Below, piece by piece: positions 12,833-26,030 of a stretch of DNA of 64,000 nt. The position numbers and the translations under genes were made by a program. The notes beneath the pieces were generated by a model that saw only the letters and a list, made by a program, of their open reading frames with translations, made no database searches and was not told the DNA's origin. The DNA lies in assembly GCF_001194135.2 (NCBI RefSeq), contig NC_068993.1:3794894-3858893 (forward strand), read 5' to 3'. This stretch comes from Octopus bimaculoides. Its lineage: Eukaryota. Numbering within the stretch: position 1 is the first letter of the stretch; every line of letters starts with the position of its first letter.

Positions 12833-13944
12833 ACACACATATACGTACATCATCTATATGGAAGTCTGGAAACAAATACATAAACGTATACAAACGTACG
12901 CATAATATACGCCCGACACATACACCTACATACATCCATACATATATAGAACGTTGTATGTACAAAGCGGCTTCAGATCATGACCTTAGCCATGATGTAT
13001 AAAACAAATTGGGAATTAAAGAATTTAAGAAAACAAATAAACGAACTGTCACATGCCAGTATGCGTGCTTGTAACTAAACACGTTTATTCGCGCATGCAA
13101 TTAAACATTAACGCCCGTGTACTCGCAAATATACACACATACGTGCTCACGCACAAACAAACACACTTCGTCACACATATCTATTGGACTGACACATCTT
13201 TTATAGATCTCCCCCAGTGTATATACATTTATGTGAGTGTGTCGTTCTTGCACGTGTGTGTATATGCATGCATACATATGTGTGCGTGAGCTTTATATAT
13301 ATATATATATATATNNNNNNNNNNNNNNNNNNNNNNNNNNNNNNNNNNNNNNNNNNNNNNNNNNNNNNNNNNNNNNNNNNNNNNNNNNNNNNNNNNNNNN
13401 NNNNNNNNNNNNNNNNNNNNNNNNNNNNNNNNNNNNNNNNNNNNNNNNNNNNNNNNNNNNNNNNNNNNNNNNNNNNNNNNNNNNNNNNNNNNNNNNNNNN
13501 NNNNNNNNNNNNNNNNNNNNNNNNNNNNNNNNNNNNNNNNNNNNNNNNNNNNNNNNNNNNNNNNNNNNNNNNNNNNNNNNNNNNNNNNNNNNNNNNNNNN
13601 NNNNNNNNNNNNNNNNNNNNNNNNNNNNNNNNNNNNNNNNNNNNNNNNNNNNNNNNNNNNNNNNNNNNNNNNNNNNNNNNNNNNNNNNNNNNNNTATATA
13701 TATATATATATCCGTACACATATGTAAGCACCGACATGCACGCACAAATACAGAAACAAACGGGCACATATATATATAATCTACTTATTCCTGTCTCTGT
13801 AAATCTTTACTTCTGTCTCGCGCCGTCTGACTGTCTCGCTCACTCTCCATTTATGCACATGTACATACATGCATAGCAATCATGTACACATCTAAACGTT
13901 CAATATTGTTAACTATATACGACGCACCTATAAACACACACGAA

Positions 13945-13993
<49 letters not shown>

Positions 13994-15189
13994 CACATAT
14001 ATAATGTATAGTATCATACATATATGCGTATGTGTATGTATGCATATATGCATGTATTTATGTATGTATGTGTTTGTGTGTGTGTGTGTGTGTATGTACA
14101 AGCAACTATCGCTTCAAACACATAGACAGAAAAACACATTAGCTTGCATGTTCACATTTCAAATAGACAAAAACAAAGGCATGTTTTAGCATTTGGTGTT
14201 AAGCATGAATGCATTCGCACGCAATTATTTACACTCACACACATGCCGAAACACACAGGCATGAATATGCGCATATTGATATTTTGATATTGTTGATTAC
14301 ACACAGAAGCACACGTTCACTTACACAGACAGACACACGCACACATACACACACACGCACACATACACACATACAAGAGGAGCCTGAAAGAGCAAACAGT
14401 TTTCAAACAATTTCCAAGTCTGTGAACATAGGTGGCGTTGTTGTTGTATTTGTGGTTGCCGAGTTAGTCCTGTATGTTCCGCATCGGCACATCTCTGACA
14501 CAAGAGTAATCGCAGAAAACGGAGCCTTTGATCAGCTTTTCCAGCCAAGGCCATCTGGTTTTACATTAGGGCTTGCTGCCCTAAGACTTAGAACTTAAAA
14601 GATGAGGTTCACGATTTAATGGCAGCGAGAGATTAAAGGCAGGTTTTTGCCGGATATTTGGAAGCCATGTTGATCAGGTTGAGTGATTATGCAGAAATAC
14701 ATTTGCTATTCGTGGAATAATGATTTACAAATATTGGCACGATGTTAACAATGCTTTGCGTTTGTGTGTATATAGCTGATTGAATAGTTCCTGGTTTCAT
14801 GAGAGGTGAAGCAAAGTTAACCACAGGGGAATTTGAACTCAAAATGTCGAGGTATGACTCTTGGCTTTCATTATAGACCACCGCTACGTCGTTAACAATA
14901 TTTTCGTCAATAAAAGAATTGCAACAGCAGCAGCAACAACAGTAGCAGCAATTGTTGAGGAGTGAAAGAGTTGAGAAAATCAACACTTGAGTGGTACTTT
15001 ATATTATCGAACGGATGAAACGTAAACTTGATCTCTGCAGGGCTTGAACACCTAACCTTAATCTGTAGGCGTTTGCATCGTTGATGCTGCTAAAATGATG
15101 ATGGTGATTAGATATAGTATTGTATTCTCTTCAAATCCCTTCATATCTACGGAGAATTTTTATTCTTTATTTTCCTCTTTTCTTTCTAA

Positions 15190-15700
15190 CGGGAATAACC
15201 ATTTTCAACTTTATCGCTCATATTTCGGGAGATGGGAGTGGGGACGGGTATATCTTGTGAGATGAGGTGCTGGAATTTTTGGATTCTGTTTCCGATGTTG
15301 ACGCTGTTCTTTTTGTTGTTGTTGTTGCCTTTAGCGCTTCTGTTGCTTATTTGGGCGGTGCCACTGTTTCTATTGTTAGTGATGCTGCTGTTGTTAGTAT
15401 TGATGTTGCTGTTTCTTTCTGACTCTGTCTTTCGCGTTTCTGCAGTTGTTACATTTGCTGTTCCTACTGCAGCTGTCGTTGCACGTTACTCTCTGTTGGT
15501 TTCTTTGTTGCTGTTGTTGTCGTTGTTGTTGTATCTGTCGTCGTCGTTTCAATGGCATAAGCAGTGCAAACAGAAACCCCTGAGATGGCCTGTGTTAGTG
15601 CAAACGAGACATCCTAGCTTCCTGGTCGCAGTTGTAACGACAGATGCAAGACAGCTGCCAGATCAATCATGGTTGTTGAATTCAGCTACCGTAAAGCTGT
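15190..15700 (-). pseudogene. Decayed CCHC zinc-knuckle plus Thr/Ala-rich reading frame, retroelement ORF1/gag-like relic
   Basis: Minus translation gives ...LASVVTTATRKLG-CLVCTNTGHLRGFC (CX2CX4HX4C, 15570-15611), then ETTTTDTTTTTTTATKKPTES...TATSILTTAASLTIETVAPPK across frameshifts and stops. Confidence 0.45.
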
Positions 15701-16200
15701 TCTGAAAAAAAAACCTAATCGACGCTCAAAGGCATTCTAATTTTATACTAAAACATACTGTTTCAGTATAAGAATGGCAATTGTCCACAGTAGGTTTGTT
15801 TTATAACACAAGAGGATGCAGAAAATCTGAGGTTACTCTACGGCTGTTTCGAACATGTTAAGAGACTGGGCGGATTCACATTATTCCAATATGTTTTTAA
15901 AATATTAGTAAATACATAGTTATTCTTATGGCCAATTGTAAAGCTGAGACCACATTCGCATGAAAAGAGCAACATTTATCTCTTTATTTATCCGTGTAGA
16001 TATACATACACGTACATTCATACATAGACATATATACATATATATACACATGTCTGAGATCCAGCATAGGCGATACTCCAGTATGGCCGCAGCTCCCTGG
16101 CTGAAACTAGTAAAGGAAATATTNNNNNNNNNNNNNNNNNNNNNNNNNNNNNNNNNNNNNNNNNNNNNNNNNNNNNNNNNNNNNNNNNNNNNNNNNNNNN

Positions 16201-16241
<41 letters not shown>

Positions 16242-16509
16242 TACACACACATATATATATATACACGTATACATGTATAAAGGTATATATACATATATAT
16301 ACACATGTCTGAGATCCAGCATAGGCGATACTCCAGTATGGCCGCAGCTCCCTGGCTGAAACTAGTAAAGGAAATATTTACACATGTATGAATATATCTA
16401 TTTATAAATATATACATACAAGCATGTGTGTTTCTGTGTGTGTGTGTACATACACATATACATTATACTTATAGCCAATGTACGTATGAATGTATGTATG
16501 TATGTATGT

Positions 16510-16552
16510 ATGGATGGATGGATGGATGGATGGATGGATGGATGGATGGATC
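16510..16552. repeat. (GGAT)n microsatellite
   Basis: Tandem GGAT units following (TATG)n. Confidence 0.9.
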
Positions 16553-17529
16553 GATTGATGAATGGATGGGTGCATGGTTGTATGTATGTATGTATGTACA
16601 AATCTTCCTCTTCTGCATTTAGTTTCAAATTATTCAATGCAAATCATTTACTGCAATGTAGGGAAAATTAAATAAACATTGTTATAGTTTTCTGTCATTT
16701 TAATTATCATATTGATTCAAGGAGTAAAGGCGAAATTATTTCTTTCAAACTAAATCAATTCATTAAACAGGCTTCTAGCATTTTCTTACATTACGCAGAC
16801 TTTCTACTTCAATCATGTAATTTCAATTGTCTTCAACTGAAAATAATTCTTTTCTGTTTTATTACAATGTAGTTTCTTAAAATTTATGAGAATTTTTCAT
16901 TTCTAATCATTTTATTTTCGTATATATATATTTTTTATATTCTTTAAAGAACGATTTTGCTGTTTATTCTTTCGTGCTATGATGGTCAAATTCCTTAGAA
17001 CGTTCTGAACATGCAGATAGTTCAAGAACTTGGTTACCTTTTTATATAAGCTATTCATTTACCACAAATACTTGAAGAAGAACGATGATGATGATGATGA
17101 AGAGGAGGAGGAGGAGGAGGAAAAAATAATATGGTGATATTCATACGAAGCGGGGTAGGGGAGTACGAAACAATATGTGTGTATGTGTGTGTGTATAGAA
17201 CATTTGTGTTATTTTGTTAGTTTAATGATAATAGAATTAAACGCCTAATCGAAATAGCATTGTATTATAAAATCTACAGATCTTCTGTTCATGTTAATGT
17301 AGGTTATATAGTGCATATCATATTGTAGTGGAAAGACTACGTCATTTTACAGGAATATTTTCTTTTAACTGCCAGGAATATGTACTACAGCAACATTTCG
17401 GCATGTTAATTCTCTCTCTGATAATTTTGCCATGATTATACAGAGGTATTCTGTGAGAAGAAAGTAATCTATCAAACGGTTCGGGTTTCCATCAGACCCA
17501 TAAAGGAAGGATCGTAAGGATCGTAAGGA

Positions 17530-17915
17530 ATCTTCTGAGCTTAGCGTTCGGACAATCCCGAAGATTTCTTGGCGAGTATTCAGTAACCTAGGATTTAGAG
17601 AGTTTTTGAGTAGCCGAGCGAGCGAAGCTACTTAATGCTTGCAGCGTACGCTCCCGTTGATGTAGGGTCCCAGCCTTTCTAAAAGCTCTTACTTGATATT
17701 GCATGTGAACCCCTCAATTTTGAGGCGCCACACGTGGTTGGCCAGTGATGCGACGAATAGTTTTTCCGGGATCCTGAAGGAGGCTCTCTAGTCATACAGG
17801 CGTCGCTTGAACGCCGTTCCGGCTGACCCGACGTATTTCCACGCTTGGGTGTTGGTTGCGTTCACATCACCGACGGCACCCACATCATTAGATGTGATTC
17901 TGCATTTCATAATTG
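17530..17915 (-). mobile_element. Penelope-like retroelement GIY-YIG endonuclease relic
   Basis: Minus translation IMKCRITS...AWKYVGSAGTAFKRRLYD*RASFRIPEKLFVASLANHVWRLKIEGFTCNIK*ELLERLGPYINGSVRCK...LLNTRQEIFG matches the PLE GIY-YIG C-terminal pattern (YIG..xxFKxRxxxHxxSF..LxxHxWxLK..IxW..xxPY..C..LNxRxE). It contains in-frame stops and frameshifts. Confidence 0.8.
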
Positions 17916-19739
17916 AAATGTGAAATTATGCGGGTGCTTGTTAATGTTGTCTTTACTTTCCATGCTAAAATGCCAGCCAAAGTTTTCATTCGTCTAGAAA
18001 TATGGCTCGTCTATGGTCAAAAATGATTTCCGTTACGAATGAATTGATCGGAACATATATTTTATCCCTGAAAATGTATCGATGTTAACATTTTTGAAGT
18101 TACTCTCAACGTTGAGTTTCTATAAACATGTTATGTATTTATGAAAGGTTTTGTGTTTAATTGTCTTTAAGTGCCGGCTTTGTAACACATTAGCTCTTTA
18201 TTGCGCATCTCAATAGAATCATTTTTGAAGCTTTTAATGTGTGACTATAAATAGTGCACTCAGAAATGAGTTTAAGATTTTATAGAGAAACAGACTCCGT
18301 CACTTATTGTTTTGAGTGACATTATGCGAAAACACATTAGCTACCAGTGCTAACACACTGAGTGTTTGTTAAATCCTGCAGAAAGAAAATGACTGAAAAA
18401 TATATCAAATGAAAACCTTCCTCTCCTTTGCAAAACTCATCTTTTGTATTTAAACGACAAATACCGACACCACAAGAATTGCTAACATATTTGACAGTTA
18501 CAATGTAATACTTGTGTACGTATAACAATATCCTGTACTAGAATCTAGTATCACCTCAACAGTCATGTTTCACTTTCCCATAAATTTGGAAACCCCAAAC
18601 TGAGTTAAAACTTATTATAAATTGTGTTTTGTCGTTTCAGATGACATTTCAAATATGAACTTTCATCTCAGCTTTCGATAAATTTCCAAGAAAATATTTT
18701 CTTCACATATCTCTATCTATTGTTAAGATCGCAAAATTGAATTCAGTAACTAAAGTTGGAAATAAGAAACATGCTTACTTGTCTTCGATGGTGCGAATGA
18801 AAATATGGTATCTATTGTAAAGTACCGTATTCTTTCTATATTACTGTTCATCTTCACACTTATTATTCCCGACTACAATTTATTTCTACATATATGGATT
18901 TTGCTGAAGGACAGCAGAGCATAGTAGTATATAATTTGTTAACACCGAAACATCTGAAATACTACCTAGAAAGAAAATTCATTTATTACAAGTTGGATAT
19001 ATAACAAGCTAAATCATCTTTAACAGCATCTTGAAAATTACGCTAATCAATGAAGAACAAACAAACTTTTTTTCACATTAATGATGAAAATATTGTTTTC
19101 TAGTTCGTTATTGTATGTATGTACCCAGCATTAAATATATTATCACTGAATCAATACCATACAGTGTAATAAGAAATTTCTGTTTTAAAACGGAGAATCA
19201 GGGGTATGGTTACAGCATTAGACAATGCTTTCAGATATTTTCGAAATGTGTTTACCATTATCGCTTAATTTCTGCTGAAGTTAGATTAACATTTCATCAT
19301 TCTGCCATCGATAAAATAAATTACGAATCTCAGCATGTGGATCGGCGCCGTTCAGTGAATTTTAAAAGCATTATTTGTTATTTAACCGAGGACCTCCCGT
19401 CCCATCAAGTCAAGAAGCGTGAGTAACTTTCTCCAATACGTGACAGGAAAGTGGTCTTCTGTAAAACAACATCGAACACAAACGGGAGATCAGCTTTCCA
19501 ATGAAAATTCCGAATACTAGTAGCGCTGGCTAGATGTTATATGTGAGTGAGTGTGTGTGCTGACGATGCGTGTGACTGGGTGATTATATATATACTATTA
19601 CTTATATATGTGTGTGTGTGTGTGTGTACATAAATAAAGTGATGGCTTTCTCTGGGTGGAGGTGCTTATCTCCCCTGTTTGAAAACTTAAGGACACAGAA
19701 GCCTTGTGTCAGGTAGCCAACTAGAAACGGTGTTTCTAT

Positions 19740-19955
19740 GGCGGTAGAGTTGAAAGAAACTTTAGCACGCCGGGTGAAATGCTTAGCGGTATTACGTCTA
19801 TCTTTACGTTCTGAGTTCAAATTCCACCGAAGTCGACTTTGCCTTTCATCTTTCGGGGTCGATAAATTAAGTACCAATTGTGTACTGGGATAGATCTAAT
19901 CAGCAGGCACCCTCCCCCAAAATTTCGGGCCTTGTGGTTAGAGCAGAAAAGAATA
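19740..19955 (+). mobile_element. SINE family A, near full-length
   Basis: Complete layout from ggcggtagagttg...gttctgagttcaaattcc...gggtcgataaattaagtacc...ccctcccccaaaatttcgggccttgtg to agcagaaaagaata. Confidence 0.9.
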
Positions 19956-20458
19956 GAAACGGCGTTTCTTGGGGTTAAATAACAGTAACGTTCTTCTCTT
20001 TCCTGAGACTGCCACATTAAGTTGTTTATTTTCTTTTACCCAATGCCAGGAATGTTCCATTATCCTCTCGTGCATTGAAATAACTACATTAAACTCATAA
20101 GAGTGTTTTTTTTTTTAAGTTATAAAATCAAAATTCACATACACATTAAATTTCAAAAATAAACCCTGCATCTTCTCTGATTCTATTCACGATGATGATG
20201 ATGATGACGATAGAAGTGGTGCTACTGCTGATACTCAAAGTGGTTAAATATGTGAATGATGATCGTTCGTGCGATGTATTTGACTGGTATTGAAGGACGA
20301 AATCGGTCATGACTTGAACGCAGACTATAAAAAGATGTGAGTAAATATTGCCAGATATTTTGTTTACTACTTTAAAACTACTGAATAGTTGCAAACAAAA
20401 CAAGAAAATTTCGATGCAAAATTGATGTGATGTTCGTGTGGATTTTGTTGGTGTGGAT

Positions 20459-20459
20459 A

Positions 20460-20521
<62 letters not shown>

Positions 20522-20522
20522 C
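20459..20522. repeat. (GAT)n microsatellite
   Basis: About 20 tandem GAT units; source of the poly-His ORF. Confidence 0.95.
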
Positions 20523-20737
20523 AGTGATGTAGTGGAGCGTGTGAATGTGTAGGAAGGAGTAGAATATTAACGATGACATAACTATTTATGCTGGAATAAA
20601 TTTACATACATATGTGGATTGTTTGATTGTTATAGTGTTTCAAAGTGCGTGGTTGTGTAAACATGTATGTGTTTTTGTGACTTTATGAATAAACCTATTC
20701 ACATCCACACGTGCACATACATACATGTCTGTGTATG

Positions 20738-20792
<55 letters not shown>

Positions 20793-20800
20793 GGTGTGTG

Positions 20801-20833
<33 letters not shown>

Positions 20834-21853
20834 ATGTATATATATACATACATACATACTGGGCACATGCGGACGCATACACTAAGACATGCATGTACAT
20901 ATGTGCCGAGAGAGAGTCTATGCATAATATAAATCCAAAGATATAAGAATATAAAAATAAATATCATCTTGCATATTTTATTACAGAAATATCTTGCTTA
21001 ATTTTGCATATTCTGCATATAATCCATTATTTTAGTTTCCTCGCATGAATTTGTAAATTACTCTTCGGTTGTTTGTCACATGACTTTTAAACTAAACCTT
21101 GGAGCTACAACTGATCCATGCGACTTATCAGAAATTAATCGATTTCAATATAGGAAAAATAGCTAAAGTCCAAAGGAATAACAACACCTGCACCTCAAGA
21201 ACGATTTGCCCCAAATCATTAGGCTTAACCTTTTTTTTTTCTAATGTAAAAACCTAACTCACAATAATGCTCAATACGTGTGCGTTTGTACATTAACTTT
21301 CTGCCCTTTTTTCTTCTTTATTTTTCTCTCCTCAAGTTTTCTCATGGTCCAGCATCCTGCTTTTTAAATAGATCTAACTTTAGGAATTGAGTCTGAAAGA
21401 TTGTTTGGAAGCATGGTATGTAAATCTGCCAATTTAACGTATCTTAAAGCATGAAATTGTTAGTAGCTCTTTGGTAATTTTGTATATCAAATGCTATCTA
21501 TCTTTCACTGGATGGAGTACTCGATGGAGAACTGCAAAAAATATGTATGTATATATGCATTTATGCATGCATGTATGTATGTATGCATGCATGCAATATT
21601 TGTATGTATGTATGTATGGCGCCTTGAGTGTCGGTAGGTGCTCACGCTCCTCAGCCAATCCGGCAATGCGGTTAAGTAGAAGTTCTACTATGGCATTGTG
21701 TAGAGGGTTAGTGGTGAAGGGAAACGACGACGTTCTTGGGGAGACTCTAGGCGTCGATGAATTTCAACTCGCCAGTTTGTTCCGGAGGACTTTCAAGCCG
21801 GGACCTATAGATAACTTCTAGAAATCCCTGGCCTTGCAGTGCTACAAGGGAGC

Positions 21854-22015
21854 TTTGCCTGTCTTTACATTCTGGGTTCAAATGCCCCCCAGAGTCGACT
21901 TTGCCTTTCATCCTTTCAGGGTCAATAAACTAAGTACCAGTTACGCACTGGGGTCGATGCAATCGACTCATCCCCTACCCCAAATTTCAGGCCTTGTGCC
22001 TATAGTAGAAAATAT
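21854..22015 (+). mobile_element. SINE family A, 5'-truncated
   Basis: ttctgggttcaaatgcccc...gtcgactttgcctttcatcctttcagggtcaataaactaagtaccag...ggccttgtgcctatagtagaaaat followed by (ATT)n/(AGT)n tail. Confidence 0.85.
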
Positions 22016-24651
22016 TATAATTATTATTATTAGTAGTAGTAGTAGTTCCACTGATGCGTAACTACTTGAATAATTAACTTCATCTCAAATTTTCTTAATC
22101 TCTTCTTACACGCAACGTTTTTAACGATTTACTCCTTCCGAGTCAGCATACGGATCTATGTATATGTGCTTCCGGTTTCAATGAACTCATTAAAGCTTTA
22201 TCTCGTATATGTTTCTACGTCTCATATACATAGTGCTGTATATAACTTACGTTATGAAATGAAATATATTCATTCTTCTTGTATGGTGTAATGTTTCAAA
22301 GCTAGGAATAATTTAAGTATCATTTTGATGCAATTGATCTACATAATACATAAATTAAACCTTAGTCATCTTTACTCTCTATCCCTCTTCTGCTGCGACA
22401 TCCTCAATAACAAACCAATAATCTAGTGAAAACGATTCAATCGATGTCAAACGGGTCTTCTACAAAAGCCATCCTTGAACTTAATGAAATTCATTTTATA
22501 ATTTGGTTTTTATGGAATTTTATGAATGATTCCCAAGAGACATCTAGACATGCATGAGTGAATTGAATACATTTATATATTCATTGTTTCGCACATGTAG
22601 ATGATAATTTCCGCTCTGTCAGACGCATTACATATATATTCAATTTTACTTATTATTAAATTGTGTTTATTGTGGCAGACGTAAGTGATACTGTTGTGTT
22701 CTGGCCTATATGATATGGTCATATTTAGTCTTATTAGTTCCACTCCCTCAGTGGCTGACCATGTTATTTAGTACATGAGGGTATAGGAACCGATATGATA
22801 TTCATCATTGATATAATGTACTATAATATACTAGTCTCAATTATAGAAACGATCGAATTCTCTTGTCTGAAGTAATGGCGGCGCTTTAGGAAAGGAAATA
22901 AAAATTCCATTTATATTTAAATTATTTATTGTATTATGTCTGTCTAAGTGTCCAGTGTTGTGAAATAAAGAAGTTTGCTATAGTTAGTTGAGTATCGTAA
23001 GTTTCTGAGATCAAATCCGTCCAGAATTGATTTTAAATTTCAACTCAACAGGAGCATTAAAATAAACATTAATGCTGCGTTTATTTGTAACCACGGCAGA
23101 ATACCAATCGAACCCGGAATAATGATGTGCTTCCGCTTTTTGTTTTGTCATCCACGTCCTGAAATATCATTCATTTGCTTCAGATAATCGAGTTTTGGTC
23201 TTTATTCCTAAAGTCTGGTACAGAAGTACTCGAGTGTTTTCTGCAGGGAAAATGTCTTGGCACCGTTGTGTTGATGGCCAAACGTTGCTCATATATTTGT
23301 CATTATCGGTTCACACTACTGATGTTTTCCAAGAGAAGGTTAAATTTTGGTGCGGCATGGCAGCACCATTTTTCCCATAGATGTAGTCAAGAAAGGCTTC
23401 TTTGCGTAATCAAGATCATAATTTGTAATTGATTTAATTGATACTGATATTGTTCTGTAAAACGCCATTGAAATGATAATAGTTATAATTCGCATTTACA
23501 AGATTTGGACAGAGAACCTAAAGAGACAGTGGTCGAGGAAAACTTCCACCGACCCCAGTAGCAGTGAATACATAAATGGTCCTTCATTTAGGAATTACGA
23601 TCGAGAAAATAGCAATGTGAACCTTGTACTCTGAAGATAAAACTATGTAATTAAATGTCATGAAAAGCTTCTTCTGGCATCATACCATCTACCCTGCTCT
23701 ATGGCCCTTGCACAAAAATAATATATTCAGATTGTTTCAATTGATCATAAAGTTTCCTTCTACGATCTGGCTGTGTACCAAGACAAAAGATTCGATATTT
23801 TATTTATAATTGTAATACAGTATATACAGAACATTAACTACTTTCTTTTGGAAAAGGCACAAAACTCTTATAGTTTACATAAAGATGATTTAGATGTACA
23901 ACATTGATGTTTTCTTTCATTCCAATAATGTTAGATATGTAAGTGCAATACGATTTTCTGCATTGTCTTAACAAAATGGCCTTATTCTAGAATTGAAACT
24001 ACATCATGTGCTTTCATTTACATAAGTATCTCCCTCAGTGGTTCTCGTCATATCAATGACTTTTGTATCTGCTACACATGTGTAGCAGGAAGATCTTCCG
24101 TGCAACGCAGACCTATGTAAGAATTCTTGTGGACGACTAGCCTGTTCTATACATGAGTGTTTCATATCTCCGCGCCATACATGTGGTAAAAAGGAAATGG
24201 GGAAATGGGTCTGGTACCGGATTCTTCATGTGTTGTAGTTAAAAGAATAAGAGCCAGAAAATTTACCAAATGGCACTGCGTGCAGTAAGTTACAAATTCC
24301 ATCTACAGCCATGAACAGGTAATATATTTATCGACACGAGAGGATAAAAAGCAATGGCGACATCTTTGGCATTTGATCTCAACATAACAAACACTAACCA
24401 ACCGGAATGTTTCATTAGAACATATGATGTCTTCTGATATCAAATATTATCAAGTGAGAGTTGCAGCCTTATGATATTTTAAAACAATATTTTGAAAAGA
24501 AATTCAATTATTAGTTCAGTCATCATTGTTTTTACTTCTGTGCTTTGTGCAGCATTTTTTGGTGAAAAAGCTCCAATCCATCCTTCTCTTGCTTTACTTT
24601 ATTTCTTTGCAATGATGTCTTATCAGTTCATATTGTTCGTGAAATTCTATC

Positions 24652-24686
<35 letters not shown>

Positions 24687-24920
24687 GTGAAAAGTAAAAG
24701 AGTCAAAAGGAAGAGTAAGTACGGTTAGGTAGCTTTCTAATCACTACAAATGTTTCGATACATACAGATCCTCGTATAGACAGGATTTAAAGTTAAGTTT
24801 AGATTAAATTATGTAACGATTTACCTGTATAAGAAGATCTGTATGTATCTCCTCAGGCGATACTCAGTGACTGTCTCCGTAAATAAATCTAGATTTCCAT
24901 GCTACAACATCCATGGCTTC

Positions 24921-24956
<36 letters not shown>

Positions 24957-25809
24957 AGCTGAGTGTTCTGAAATGCAATGTTTATTCTGTTGGAAATAAA
25001 TGGGGAGTGAACTGTTGTAACTTCGATAATAGTATTTCTCCTTGGTGAAAACTATCACTTTCCAGATTAGGAGCAAGAATTGCTAATCATTTTTGAGCTA
25101 TTTAGTGCTACCGTTGATACATGAGTTAGATTTAACTTGCGTAAATGTTGTGTAATGAAGCTTATTACAGTGAGCCAGAGAAGGATTCGGTGCAACGTAA
25201 TCGTTATTTCTCCAGAATAACCAAATTACTACAACATTAAGCTGTTCTCTGTGGTACTTCGTTTTGTAAGTTGAGAGGTCTGTGTTTACAATGTGACAGT
25301 GGAAGATATATATATATAAACAGTAAGTACAGTGACAACAGCTCAGTCTCCCAAGCTGTTACATTTAACCAACGATAAGAGGAAATAACCCTTATTTCCT
25401 TTCTTTCGCATGCTATAATAACAATTAAAAAAATCAGACAACGAATAAACAATCAAGTGCTTATATATGAGTTCTAGTTTAACACAGAATAATCTATAAT
25501 ATGCATACACACTTGTGTGTATGTGTGTGGGAGTGTAGAAAATGAAAACTATAAATAATCACATGTACATACACATGTATACACACACATACACGTCTGC
25601 ACACTTACCTACATACTCACGTACATACATAAGTACATACGTACGTACACACATGCATGCGTATAGGCATGCACATATGCATACACATGTACACATATGC
25701 ATACGCACATACATGTACACGCACATACATACATTAATACATACATACATTAATACATACATACATTAATACATACATACATACATACACATCATGAACT
25801 AACTGTTAC

Positions 25810-26030
25810 TTTCTCAGATGCAGCACGAAATTTAGTCAGTGACCAGGTCGCGGTCTCAAAGTGAAGGAAATATTTTGGCAAATTATATTTAAATGTTGAT
25901 GTGAATCTAACGGTTTTTGTGTGTTTTTAAATGGCTTATAAACACCTTCCACGCTGCAGTTGCTTTCGTTCCAGCAAACTATCTCAGATTAGGTCACTTG
26001 CTATGCAAGTACATCTAAGTAATATAAATA
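25810..26030 (+). repeat. Dispersed repeat, unclassified (homologous to 32750-32960)
   Basis: Both loci share gttttgtgtgttttt...ttccacgctgca.ttg.ttt...tcagat.a..tca.ttg...gcaagtaca/ggaagtaca. Confidence 0.55.

Noticed and set aside
14687-14986. 99-aa minus-strand ORF with poly-Cys
   Set aside because: Poly-Cys derives from a (CAG/CAA) repeat, and 14800-14850 is a SINE family A fragment.
15232-15705. 157-aa Leu-rich plus-strand ORF as a membrane protein
   Set aside because: Hydrophobicity comes from GTT/GCT-type repeats; better explained as the antisense of the Thr-rich relic.
17470-17510. Hammerhead downstream of the PLE endonuclease (ctgatgg...cgaacc, minus)
   Set aside because: Core, helix II and GAAA are all broken; too degenerate to call.
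18330-18610. Cys-containing minus ORF with a strong acceptor (ttttctttctgcag)
   Set aside because: No consistent donor or phase, flanking stops, and no recognisable motif.
25605-25612. Perfect AG|GTAAGT donor (minus)
   Set aside because: Embedded in degenerate CA/TA repeat with no plausible exon upstream.
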